A stretch of DNA of 64,000 nucleotides from an uncultured Gammaproteobacteria bacterium (GTDB lineage: Bacteria > Patescibacteriota > Patescibacteriia > UBA9934): contig CAZORP010000005.1 of NCBI GenBank assembly GCA_964582615.1, forward strand, positions 11,994 to 75,993, written 5' to 3'. Each line of letters starts with the position of its first letter. Position 1 is the first letter of the stretch. The notes beneath the pieces were generated by a model. It searched no databases. It was not told the DNA's origin and saw only the letters and a program-made list of their open reading frames with translations. Positions 39,224 to 47,903 of this stretch are shown here, in pieces. A program made the translations under genes and the position numbers.

Positions 39224-40081
39224 ATGAAAAAAGCTGGATTCGTCGCCATCATCGGACGATCAAACGTTGGAAAGTCAACGCTTCTTAATACCCTTGTTGG
39301 TACCAAGGTTGCTATCACGACTCCTAAACCACAAACCACTCGCCGCCCCATTCAAGGCGTTATTACTCGGGAAGAAGGACAGATTGTTTTCGTTGATACT
39401 CCGGGTATCATGCAAAAAGCACGCGACCCTCTTACACAAGCGCTTCTTGCGTACGCGAAAGAGGCATTGCATGACGTTGATGCCATTCTTTATGTTGTAG
39501 ATCCTACGCGAGCAATTGGCGAAGAAGAGAAGCAAGCGTTTCGTCTTCTTGAACACGTCACCGCTCCAACACTTCTTGTTATCAATAAAATAGATGATCC
39601 TCAATCGCGAAACTATCTTGATTTCTACCGAGATCTTTCTAAGAAATTTACCGCATACGCCGAAGTTTCGGCTATGACCGGAAAGGACGTTGACACGCTT
39701 TCTCGATGGCTCTTTACCCACATGCCAGAATGCGAAGAACTTCCCTATCCAGAATTTCAATATACAAACCTGAGTAACGCAGACTGGATGGCGGAATTAA
39801 TTCGCGAGAAGCTTTTTCTTCGCCTCGACAAGGAGGTTCCTTACTCTACTCACGTTGAAGTTGACGAGATCGCGCAACGCGAAAATGGCACCACCTATGT
39901 TCACGGCATTGTCTATACCAGCGCAGAACGCTACAAGCCGATGATTATCGGAAAAGGAGCTCGTGGCATTAAAGAAATTAGTCAGTCGGTTCGCAACGAA
40001 CTCGAGGGCGTTTCTGGAAGAAAGTACTTTATTGCCCTTGAAGTTGCTGTTGATCCTCGCTGGGTTGAGAAATTTGCGTAA
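39224..40081 (+). CDS. era: GTPase Era
   Basis: G1 GRSNVGKST, G3 DTPG, G4 NKID, C-terminal KH domain. Confidence 0.9.
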   Translation: MKKAGFVAIIGRSNVGKSTLLNTLVGTKVAITTPKPQTTRRPIQGVITREEGQIVFVDTPGIMQKARDPLTQALLAYAKEALHDVDAILYVVDPTRAIGEEEKQAFRLLEHVTAPTLLVINKIDDPQSRNYLDFYRDLSKKFTAYAEVSAMTGKDVDTLSRWLFTHMPECEELPYPEFQYTNLSNADWMAELIREKLFLRLDKEVPYSTHVEVDEIAQRENGTTYVHGIVYTSAERYKPMIIGKGARGIKEISQSVRNELEGVSGRKYFIALEVAVDPRWVEKFA

Positions 40082-40973
40082 TACGATACCCTTCAAGAAG
40101 CACCCCGGGCATAAGCGTACCCATTACGGAAGAAATCCATGATACCCCCCGAGGCTCCCATGCAAGCACAAGCGGCGCATCTGCTCGTGCGAGAATGGTG
40201 TAGCGAGCAAACATATTCTCTGCAATAAGCACAGGAACCGTTACGCGATCTTCCCCATACGTAAGCGTATATGTTCCCCATGCTGAATCCGCGGTAAGCG
40301 TCATAAACTCATCAAGCGTAGCACCACCATCAGGAAGTGCTACGTTTGCTTTTTGAGCAAGCGACACAGCGAGATCCGAAGCGTACCCAAGGTAGTCACT
40401 CACTACAGCGAAGATATCCTGCGTAGATCCGACCGTTACTCGAGCTTGTCTGGTTGTTTGAAGTTGCTCGTAGGTTTCTTTTGAAAGCAGGAGCACCGCA
40501 TGGGTACTTCCCGAAAAATTACTCTCTCCCTCACTCCACATACTTGGAACAACGAATCTCGTACCCTCACGATGACCAACGATCCCCACATTTCCCTCTC
40601 GTAAAAGAGTTTCATAGACTGCATCAGGAACTTCAACGTCAGTCCCCACGGGAGCGTGTTCTGCTAAACTTCGAGCCTCTTTTGATGCTAAGGTTTCTTC
40701 TTCGTACGACTGCTTCCAGGAAAAACGCAAAAGATCATCGGTAAATGTCGTAAGCGTTATCTCGCGAGGTTCGAGATGCGTTTTTTGCAAAAGATCCCCC
40801 AGTGCCGCGTGCGAAGGAGTTACCTCGAGCATCGTTCCCTCGGCAAGTACAAGATCATCAGGAGAAAGATCTCTTGCACCCAACGACCATGACGACGGAA
40901 TGCATCCAATACCAAAAAGCACCATCGCCACGCATCCCAAAAAAACCGCGCGAAATCCTCCAAGATTCTTCAT
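40029..40973 (-). CDS. Secreted/lipoprotein-like hypothetical protein
   Basis: N-terminal signal MKNLGGFRAVFLGCVAMVLFGIGC. Its 3' end overlaps era convergently by ~52 nt. Confidence 0.55.
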   Translation of the reverse strand: MKNLGGFRAVFLGCVAMVLFGIGCIPSSWSLGARDLSPDDLVLAEGTMLEVTPSHAALGDLLQKTHLEPREITLTTFTDDLLRFSWKQSYEEETLASKEARSLAEHAPVGTDVEVPDAVYETLLREGNVGIVGHREGTRFVVPSMWSEGESNFSGSTHAVLLLSKETYEQLQTTRQARVTVGSTQDIFAVVSDYLGYASDLAVSLAQKANVALPDGGATLDEFMTLTADSAWGTYTLTYGEDRVTVPVLIAENMFARYTILARADAPLVLAWEPRGVSWISSVMGTLMPGVLLEGYRITQISQPSEDQQQLQGQ

Positions 40974-40974
40974 A

Positions 40975-41238
40975 CTACACCGAGGATCCTAACATCCACG
41001 CACGAAGCTCTGCCTCATCGCAAGATCCACAAATTTTTTGACCAGTCACATCATTGTAAAAGAATGGGACACCGCCACAAACACCCTGATCAATATCATG
41101 AAGCTTCTTTGCGTTCTCCTCATTATTCCAAACCTCAAACTTCTCTACCGTAACACCAAGTTCTCGTTCAAGTTTTTCCACCATCGGCATCATTACCAAG
41201 CAATGAGGACACTCGTCACCATAAAATTCGTAAAGCAT
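40975..41238 (-). CDS. Thioredoxin/glutaredoxin-like small protein
   Basis: CPHC active site, 87 aa. Confidence 0.75.
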   Translation of the reverse strand: MLYEFYGDECPHCLVMMPMVEKLERELGVTVEKFEVWNNEENAKKLHDIDQGVCGGVPFFYNDVTGQKICGSCDEAELRAWMLGSSV

Positions 41239-41256
41239 ACATTCTGGAGATAAGAA

Positions 41257-42141
41257 TTACATTACTTCCTTAGCTATACTATAAGTTCCATCGTTGTCAT
41301 ACGCAAGAAATCCCTCACGAACTAGACCCCGAAGAATCTCTTCGCCGCGCGAAGGATTATCACCAAGACCAACATGTCGCAAAAGCGCCTCAGTGCCCAC
41401 GGATGATTCCACATGTAAGACTCGCAAAATTCTTCCACGAAACATCCTATCAGATCCTTCAAACTTCTTTTGACGAGCCTTAACAATCTCTCCCCCAGCG
41501 CAAGGATATGAAGCACAAACATCTCGAAGAGGACACGAGGCACACTGAGGCTTTCGCGCAGCACACTTGCTTGCCCCAAGATCCATAAGTGCATGATTCC
41601 ACGAAGCGACGTCATCTGGAACACTCCACACGGCAAGCTCTTTAATTTCCCGCGCAGACATGCTATGCGCTCCATACACTCTCCGAAGCACACGATCAAC
41701 ATTGGTATCAACCGCGGCCGCATGAGGAGTTTTGTACGCAAATGCCGCTATCGCCGCGGCGGTGTATGGACCTATCCCCGGAAGCGTAACAAGCTCATCA
41801 ATCGATCTCGGGAGTCCTCCACGTCTTACCACTTCCTCGGCCAAACGTTTCAGCGCAAGCGCTCGACGATTGTACCCAAGCCCGCTCCAAAGCCTGAGAA
41901 TAGTAGGCACATCAGCTCTTGCCACCGCCTCCCACGTGGGAAGCTCCTCAAGCCACGCTTGCCACTTGGGAATAACCCGATCAACCTGCGTTTGTTGAGA
42001 CATGATCTCCGAAAGCGCAATAGCGTAAGGATCTTCTATTTTTCGCCAAGGAAGCTCGCGGTGACTTGCCGCGTACCATGCGAGAAGAATTTTTTGAAAT
42101 ATGCTACGCTTGGCAGAAAGCTCCACCTCATTTAAGGTCAT
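41257..42141 (-). CDS. mutY: A/G-specific adenine DNA glycosylase
   Basis: HhH-GPD (LPGIGPYTAAAI), Fe-S loop CAARKPQCASCPLRDVC and a C-terminal NUDIX-like domain. ATG at 42141 (GTG at 42153). Confidence 0.85.
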   Translation of the reverse strand: MTLNEVELSAKRSIFQKILLAWYAASHRELPWRKIEDPYAIALSEIMSQQTQVDRVIPKWQAWLEELPTWEAVARADVPTILRLWSGLGYNRRALALKRLAEEVVRRGGLPRSIDELVTLPGIGPYTAAAIAAFAYKTPHAAAVDTNVDRVLRRVYGAHSMSAREIKELAVWSVPDDVASWNHALMDLGASKCAARKPQCASCPLRDVCASYPCAGGEIVKARQKKFEGSDRMFRGRILRVLHVESSVGTEALLRHVGLGDNPSRGEEILRGLVREGFLAYDNDGTYSIAKEVM

Positions 42142-42777
42142 ATGTTTTTGCACGGTAAAAGAAAAATCTCCCCAAGGGCAATACAGTTATCCGCAGGAAT
42201 CTGTACCGTCGTATGCGCAACTGTACTTCTTCTTTCTTTACGTCTTGATCTTCGAAAGCCTCAAATGTTTACATTTGAGGAATTCTCTCTCGAAGAAGTC
42301 GCTCCGCATACCACATCCCCCTTAGCCATCGGCGAATATCTTTCAACAACCTTTTCATCCTACGGAAAAAGCACCCTCAACACATGCACTCTTCTCCTTA
42401 GCACATCATCAGAAGCTTATCTTGAAGACTCCCGAGTCTCACCTCCGCTCATACGTCTTCTTGGAGGAAGATTTTTTGCCAAGGGAGACTGCGACCTCCT
42501 ACTCCGTTCAGCGACGCTTCATACACAAGGACTGGTAAGCGTCGTGATGTATGGATGGGAGTCTCGTGCGGACGTCGTCGTACACGAAGGACAGGCAACG
42601 CTCACAACGCCACACGACGAATATCTTCTCTCCCCCAATCCCACGGGAACCACAAGCGCTATTGCAACAACCTATCATCTTACCAATGAAAGCATTACTT
42701 CAACACCATTCGCTTTTGATGGCACACCGGAAGTACGCGCTTGGTATACTTGGGCTACTCACTTCTTCGAACTATGA
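42142..42777 (+). CDS. Hypothetical membrane-anchored protein (211 aa)
   Basis: N-terminal TM helix. Its start is back to back with the mutY start (CATATG); an alternative start is at 42265. Confidence 0.45.
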   Translation: MFLHGKRKISPRAIQLSAGICTVVCATVLLLSLRLDLRKPQMFTFEEFSLEEVAPHTTSPLAIGEYLSTTFSSYGKSTLNTCTLLLSTSSEAYLEDSRVSPPLIRLLGGRFFAKGDCDLLLRSATLHTQGLVSVVMYGWESRADVVVHEGQATLTTPHDEYLLSPNPTGTTSAIATTYHLTNESITSTPFAFDGTPEVRAWYTWATHFFEL

Positions 42778-43283
42778 TGAACGAAAAAAAACGCGGTGAA
42801 CGCACTTCCTTGCCAGAACAGAAAAATCCCCTCTTGAACAAAGAATTCCTTGAATATCTCAAATCAGAGCTCGTGAAGTATCCAGAAACTCACGAGGGCA
42901 TCGACGCATCACTACGAACCGTCATCAATCTTCTTCTTGTGTTCATCGATACGATTCCGGGAATCGGAGAAGCCTCATCGGGCCTCGTAGATACCCTGAA
43001 AGCTTTTGCCATCCTTCGAGGCATGACCATGAAGCATGGGGAAAGAACGCTCCTTAACACAACTCCGGATGTTCCCTTTGTCTACAATATCGTTTCGGAA
43101 ATTTTTGAACCATGCTTTGGGTTCATTTTTCCGTCACACGCAATTCCAAGCGCATTGCAGTTCAAGAAAGACCTTCCAAGAATTCAAGCTTTTCTCAAAC
43201 TTAGTGCTCAACGCATTGCCGACTATCAACAAAGCAAACAACAAAGAGATCGCGAAAAAGCCGCTGATGTATTTTTAGAATAA
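42774..43283 (+). CDS. Hypothetical protein (169 aa)
   Basis: ATGA overlap with the preceding stop indicates translational coupling. Confidence 0.5.
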   Translation: MMNEKKRGERTSLPEQKNPLLNKEFLEYLKSELVKYPETHEGIDASLRTVINLLLVFIDTIPGIGEASSGLVDTLKAFAILRGMTMKHGERTLLNTTPDVPFVYNIVSEIFEPCFGFIFPSHAIPSALQFKKDLPRIQAFLKLSAQRIADYQQSKQQRDREKAADVFLE

Positions 43284-43289
43284 TCCCCT

Positions 43290-43535
43290 ATGACAATCAT
43301 GGAACCCAAAGAGGCGCTCATCATCCTTATTAACACAAGCCCTCTTTCAGAGAAAGACAAACAGACTCTTCTTGATATCGTACCAACGCTATCACCTCAA
43401 GACGTCACCCTTCTAGGAAAGGCTTTTGCAAAAGAAGTCCGTGAAGAAAATATGCTCCTTGAGCGTATTTTTACACACATCACATCAACTCACGATGCTC
43501 TTACAGCTCAAAAACCTCATGCAAGCGAGGAATGA
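43290..43535 (+). CDS. Small hypothetical protein (81 aa)
   Basis: Third gene of the same-strand cluster. Confidence 0.35.
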   Translation: MTIMEPKEALIILINTSPLSEKDKQTLLDIVPTLSPQDVTLLGKAFAKEVREENMLLERIFTHITSTHDALTAQKPHASEE

Positions 43536-44841
43536 GAATATCGCTTTCAAGCGTTTTTCCAAGATACTGGGAGAACGCTTGTTTTGTTGTATCTTCGCCA
43601 TGAACAAGAAAAATCTTCTTAGGATCGCCCTCAGTTGCCTTGAGCCAAGAAGCAAGTTTTTCACGATCTCCATGCGCAGAAAATGACTCGATATTTCCTA
43701 CCTCAGCACGAACGCGTACCGATGATCCAAAGATGCGCACCGTTTCGTGACGCTGCATAATTGCTCGACCAAGCGTTCCCGGAGCTTGGAATCCTATAAC
43801 CAAAAGGCCATTCTTTTCATCATCAAGATAGCGCAACAAGTGATGTAGCACTCTTCCACCTGTCATCATGCCATTTCCAGCAATAATAATTTTCGGCCGA
43901 TGATCGTCATTGATACGCTTACTCTCATCAACCGTCACCGTTTCTCGAAGTGAAGGAAACGAGAAAAAGTCCCTCTGCATCATGGGGTGATCAAAGGATA
44001 GGTATTGTGCGTAGTGTCGATAAATTGACGTAGCCCGTATCGCAAGAGGACTGTCGAGATATACGGGAATTTGAGGAAGCTTTCCCTCGGTAACCAACAC
44101 ATCCAACTCGTAGAGCAGTTCCTGAGTTCGCTCAAGCGAAAACGCTGGAATAATCACCGTTCCATGTCTGCGCAAAATCTTCTCAACAAATGCACGAAGT
44201 TTTTCTCGGCGAAATGATGTTGGCTCATGATCACGATCTCCGTAGGTAGATTCACACACGACAACGTCCGCATGATGAAGCGCTTCGGTATCAGGAAGAA
44301 TTGGAACGTCATTATTTCCAATATCTCCCGAAAAAACTAAACGCTTCCCATGAACATCGAGAGAAATGTACGCAGACCCTAAAATATGACCAGCATCATG
44401 AAACATCACCGAAACGCCGGGAACAGGTTCAAATGTAGTATGGTAATTTACCCCAACAACATGACGAAGATACTCCCGAACATCTTCCTCGGAGTAAGGA
44501 ACCACATCGCCACATCGCTCAGCATTTTCTGACATGATGCCAAGAGAATCATCGAGAATAATCTCTGAGAGCGCCTTTGTTGGTGGAGTCATGTAGACCT
44601 TTCCCGTGTATCCTTTTGCAAAAAGCTCAGGAAGACGCCCTGTGTGATCAAAATGCGCATGGGTTACGAGCACGGCAGAAAGATTTTTTGGATCAAACGT
44701 AAAATCATCATGATCACGCAACATGCATACTCGCTCTCCCTGTTTCATTCCGCAGTCAACAAGAATGTTTCCGTGCTCCGTTTCAAGCAAAAAACAAGAT
44801 CCCGTGACCTCCTCCGTCGCCCCATGAAACGAGAGTTTCAT
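43501..44841 (-). CDS. MBL-fold beta-CASP ribonuclease (CPSF/RNase J family)
   Basis: VTHAHFDHTG metallo-beta-lactamase motif with an N-terminal beta-strand region, 446 aa. Confidence 0.8.
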   Translation of the reverse strand: MKLSFHGATEEVTGSCFLLETEHGNILVDCGMKQGERVCMLRDHDDFTFDPKNLSAVLVTHAHFDHTGRLPELFAKGYTGKVYMTPPTKALSEIILDDSLGIMSENAERCGDVVPYSEEDVREYLRHVVGVNYHTTFEPVPGVSVMFHDAGHILGSAYISLDVHGKRLVFSGDIGNNDVPILPDTEALHHADVVVCESTYGDRDHEPTSFRREKLRAFVEKILRRHGTVIIPAFSLERTQELLYELDVLVTEGKLPQIPVYLDSPLAIRATSIYRHYAQYLSFDHPMMQRDFFSFPSLRETVTVDESKRINDDHRPKIIIAGNGMMTGGRVLHHLLRYLDDEKNGLLVIGFQAPGTLGRAIMQRHETVRIFGSSVRVRAEVGNIESFSAHGDREKLASWLKATEGDPKKIFLVHGEDTTKQAFSQYLGKTLESDILIPRLHEVFEL

Positions 44842-44849
44842 ACCCGCTT

Positions 44850-45074
44850 TTACGCTTCCTCCTGATATCGTCGCTCAAATTCTCCAAAACGCTCACCGAT
44901 ACGCTGTGTGAGTTGCCCTGCGGCAGATGCTCGAATCTCACCCATATCAACCATATCGTTAAGCACGTCTTCCACAAGACTTGCGTATTCTTCCTGCGTC
45001 ACCGTTCCGCGAATCACCCCTTCCTCCACAATACGATCAAAGATTTCTTCTTCAGAAAATGCAAGATTTGCCAT
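44850..45074 (-). CDS. Small acidic hypothetical protein (~75 aa)
   Basis: ATG ORF MANLAFSEEEIFDRIVEEG... lying between convergent/divergent genes. Confidence 0.35.
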   Translation of the reverse strand: MANLAFSEEEIFDRIVEEGVIRGTVTQEEYASLVEDVLNDMVDMGEIRASAAGQLTQRIGERFGEFERRYQEEA

Positions 45075-45160
45075 ACAAAAAAATATACAGCAAGTATACT
45101 TCACGCAACTTTGGGTAGGCAAGTGGATTATTCCGCCCACCTCTGTTACACTGCATATCT

Positions 45161-46138
45161 ATGTTTTCTTGGAACTCCCTAGAAAAGCCCATCCTCTGCC
45201 TCTCCCCCATGGCAGACATGACCGATTCAGCTTTTTGCCAAATCGTTCGCGAAGTCACCGCAGAACGTCTAGGCAAAGACCGCGATACCTGCATTGTCTT
45301 CCGAGAAATGGTCTCCGCGGAAGCTGTTGTTCGTGGCAATGAAAAAACCCTTGGAATGACCGACATTCATCCAACAGAGCGGCCACTTATTCAACAGATC
45401 TTCGGAAGCGATCCTGCGATTATGGCCGAAGCGGCCGCGCGCATTTCCGCGGAACATGCTCCCGAAGGGTTCGACCTCAACATGGGATGCCCTGTGTATA
45501 AAATCGTGCACAACTTCAACGGATGCGCACTCATGAAAGACCCCGAACTAGCGGCACGCATTGTTCGCTCGGTCAAACACGCAATCACCACTCCCCTTTC
45601 GGTAAAGATTCGTCTTGGCTGGTCCGATCCGAAAGACTGCCTTACTTTTGTTCAGGTCCTCGAAGATGCCGGCGCTGATCTTATTACCATTCACGGACGT
45701 ACAAAGGCTCAAGGATATTCAGGCGTTGCCGATTGGGATATGGTTGGCGAAGCACGAAAGCGCGTCAAAAACATCCCCGTTCTTGTAAATGGCGATATTC
45801 ATAAGCCGGAACTTGTCAATGAAGCTCTCCAACGGTCAGGTGCCGACGGCGCACTCATTGCCCGAGGAGCACTTGGCAATCCTTGGTTCTTTTCGGACTA
45901 CGCGCTTCTTCGCGAGGGAAAGTCAGTCCCCCCACTCACACTCAGTGAGCGAGTACGTGTTGTACGTCGCCATTTCCTACTTCATCTTGAACATCATGGA
46001 GAAGGAGCGGTTACTACTTTTAGAAAGCATCTTTCGTGGTATTTTAAGGGAATTCCTCACATCAAGCCTCATAAAGAAGCACTTATGCTTGCAAAAACAC
46101 GAGAGGAAGTTCTTGCGCACCTTGAAGCGATGCAATAA
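45161..46138 (+). CDS. dus: tRNA-dihydrouridine synthase
   Basis: TIM-barrel Dus motifs: LSPMADMTD, GFDLNMGCP, ITIHGRT. Confidence 0.85.
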   Translation: MFSWNSLEKPILCLSPMADMTDSAFCQIVREVTAERLGKDRDTCIVFREMVSAEAVVRGNEKTLGMTDIHPTERPLIQQIFGSDPAIMAEAAARISAEHAPEGFDLNMGCPVYKIVHNFNGCALMKDPELAARIVRSVKHAITTPLSVKIRLGWSDPKDCLTFVQVLEDAGADLITIHGRTKAQGYSGVADWDMVGEARKRVKNIPVLVNGDIHKPELVNEALQRSGADGALIARGALGNPWFFSDYALLREGKSVPPLTLSERVRVVRRHFLLHLEHHGEGAVTTFRKHLSWYFKGIPHIKPHKEALMLAKTREEVLAHLEAMQ

Positions 46139-46167
46139 AAAAACTCCCTTGTGGGAGTTTTTTTATT
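46137..46167. terminator. Bidirectional intrinsic terminator
   Basis: aaaaaaaCTCCCttgtGGGAGttttttt. Confidence 0.8.
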
Positions 46168-46179
46168 TCTTGGAAGAAA

Positions 46180-46368
46180 TTAGTCGAGAACCTCTTCTTC
46201 ATCTTCTCCATCCTCATCTTCAAGTCCTTCGCCAACTTCACCAAATCCATCCATCTCATCCTCATCTTCATTTTCTTCATCACCAAAAGCATCCTCATCG
46301 CCGGTAGCAGCGACCACGGGAAGAACTGCGAATTCGAGTTCTGTTTTTTCTTCAAGCGTCGTAAGCAT
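46180..46368 (-). CDS. Possible acidic micro-protein (62 aa, D/E-rich tail)
   Basis: Extended -10 (TGTATAAT) lies ~30 nt upstream on the minus strand; it ends at the bidirectional terminator. Confidence 0.3.
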   Translation of the reverse strand: MLTTLEEKTELEFAVLPVVAATGDEDAFGDEENEDEDEMDGFGEVGEGLEDEDGEDEEEVLD

Positions 46369-46456
46369 AACAATAAAATAATTAAGTGGTTTCTATTATA
46401 CAAACCTTTCAGGGCTTGGCAAGAGGCAAAAGCTCTGGCATACTATCCCTGCCTCA

Positions 46457-46531
46457 TTCCGAGATCGTCTAACGGCAGGACGAGGGACTCTGAATCCCTT
46501 AATCATGGTTCGAATCCATGTCTCGGAACCA
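46457..46531 (+). tRNA. tRNA-Gln (anticodon CUG), CCA encoded
   Basis: Acceptor TCCGAGA/TCTCGGA with the U1-A72 pair typical of bacterial tRNA-Gln. Anticodon stem AGGGA/TCCCT with loop CTCTGAA. T-arm CATGG-TTCGAAT-CCATG. Confidence 0.85.
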
Positions 46532-46577
46532 TCACGACCCATTCCCACAATAAAGAACCGGGAGGTGACCAAGAAAA
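46526..46577 (+). repeat. 52-bp direct repeat, copy 1 (last 6 nt of tRNA-Gln plus downstream sequence); a terminator follows at ~46574-46605
   Basis: gaaccatcacgacccattcccacaataaagaaccgggaggtgaccaagaaaa is identical at 47107-47158. Confidence 0.9.
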
Positions 46578-46643
46578 CCCGCATCCAGCAATGGAAGCGG
46601 GTTTTCGATTTATTAGATATAATGTTCAGTGAAAAAATACGAT

Positions 46644-47000
46644 ATGAAAAAAGTAATCTTCGCCATAGTACTTACCCCATTTATTATCATTGGAGCACTG
46701 TATTTCGCGTACTATATCCACGATATCATTCCAGATAAATTAATGGCCGCTCGGGAAATCCGTAAAGCGGAATCCGATGGATCTATTATTATCCAAGAAG
46801 GAAAATCGAAAAACATCAACGGCATCAACATTGCATTCGATCTTCTACCTGTTGTTTACGGTAAACTTACGTTTACGGTTGATGGAGAAAAAGTTTTCGT
46901 TTCAGATTGGGATTTTTTGGCAGTTGGCGATCAAATGTACCGCATTCATGGCTGGGGAATTGGTAGCGACGCCTGGGTGTCACTTACCCTAAAAAATTGA
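46644..47000 (+). CDS. Small membrane-anchored hypothetical protein inside the tRNA-Gln-associated insert
   Basis: TATAAT at ~46612. N-terminal TM VIFAIVLTPFIIIGALYFAYY. The GTG at 46629 is an alternative start. Confidence 0.5.
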   Translation: MKKVIFAIVLTPFIIIGALYFAYYIHDIIPDKLMAAREIRKAESDGSIIIQEGKSKNINGINIAFDLLPVVYGKLTFTVDGEKVFVSDWDFLAVGDQMYRIHGWGIGSDAWVSLTLKN

Positions 47001-47106
47001 TTTCAATTTTGCGCTTTATAGCTCTACCCAATCGGGACAGAGTCGAGGAGCACATAGAAGGTACGTTGAATACCCCCTCAAAAGCTCCAAGCGAGACCGG
47101 GTCGCA

Positions 47107-47158
47107 GAACCATCACGACCCATTCCCACAATAAAGAACCGGGAGGTGACCAAGAAAA
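47107..47158 (+). repeat. 52-bp direct repeat, copy 2, preceded by a degenerate tRNA 3'-end-like segment; a terminator follows at 47156-47188
   Basis: Identical to 46526-46577. The upstream gtcgca matches the tRNA's gtctcg at 4/6 positions. Confidence 0.9.
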
Positions 47159-47221
47159 AGCCCGAAACCATATGGTTCCGGGCTTTTGCGTTTTCATAAA
47201 ACAAGATACTCTACATTTCGT

Positions 47222-47761
47222 ATGACAAACGCGGCACACGAAGAACTTCTTCAATGTTTTGACGACTCTGGAAACCCAACCGAGACCCGCCCTCGATCCG
47301 AGGTAAAACAACAGCCTCCTCGTTTTTGGTATGGCGTTGCGCGTGTTTGGGTTGTGAATAATCAGGGAGAAATCCTCGTCTCAAAACGTAGCGACAAGAT
47401 GGATGTTGCAGGCGGAAAGTGGTCAACGTGGTTCGGTGGTCATGTTGGTGCCGGCGAGACTATCAAAGAAGCGGCTCAACGAGAATTGCGCGAGGAAGCT
47501 GGCCTTAACCTTCCATTAGAAGAATTCTTTTTCGTTGATAAGGGCCGTAACGAAGTCAAAAAGGTTTTCTTTGAAAATTACGCCGTTCGCTTTAATGGAA
47601 CGCCGACTGACCTCAAGGTTCAGGATGACGAAGTTACTGAGGTGAAATGGATGCCTATGCATAACTGTCAGGCCGATGCCGCCGCAAACACAGAATGTTG
47701 GGCAAATTGCATTCTTAAAGAACAGGGGGAACTCGTATTGGAGTCGCTGTTCTTGAAGTGA
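47222..47761 (+). CDS. NUDIX hydrolase
   Basis: Nudix box GGHVGAGETIKEAAQRELREEAGL. ATG at 47222 (TTG at 47186). Confidence 0.75.
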   Translation: MTNAAHEELLQCFDDSGNPTETRPRSEVKQQPPRFWYGVARVWVVNNQGEILVSKRSDKMDVAGGKWSTWFGGHVGAGETIKEAAQRELREEAGLNLPLEEFFFVDKGRNEVKKVFFENYAVRFNGTPTDLKVQDDEVTEVKWMPMHNCQADAAANTECWANCILKEQGELVLESLFLK

Positions 47762-47903
47762 AATAATGAAAAATTCTCAAGCATTTGACCTTCACCGAGA
47801 AAAATGCTAATATTTTCGCGAAAAAGCGCCGTTTTTTTCGGCGTTTTCCTCTTTTTTTCTTCATGCCACCGTTCAGACACCTGCACGGATATGCGCCTTT
47901 TGT

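Noticed and set aside
40029-40081. 52-nt convergent overlap between era and the secreted-protein gene
   Set aside because: Probably a chance C-terminal extension of the minus-strand ORF (RITQISQPSEDQQQLQGQ); not treated as a meaningful antisense arrangement.
42139-42144. Back-to-back divergent start codons CATATG for mutY and the 211-aa plus-strand gene
   Set aside because: This leaves no promoter space, so one of the two starts is probably further in (alternative plus-strand ATG at 42265). Flagged in the features but not considered a regulatory novelty.
47020-47110. Possible second tRNA or pseudo-tRNA upstream of the second 52-bp repeat
   Set aside because: Only the extreme 3' end resembles tRNA-Gln (gtcgca vs gtctcg); no acceptor/D/anticodon cloverleaf can be drawn. 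Treated as a degenerate duplicated tRNA tail.
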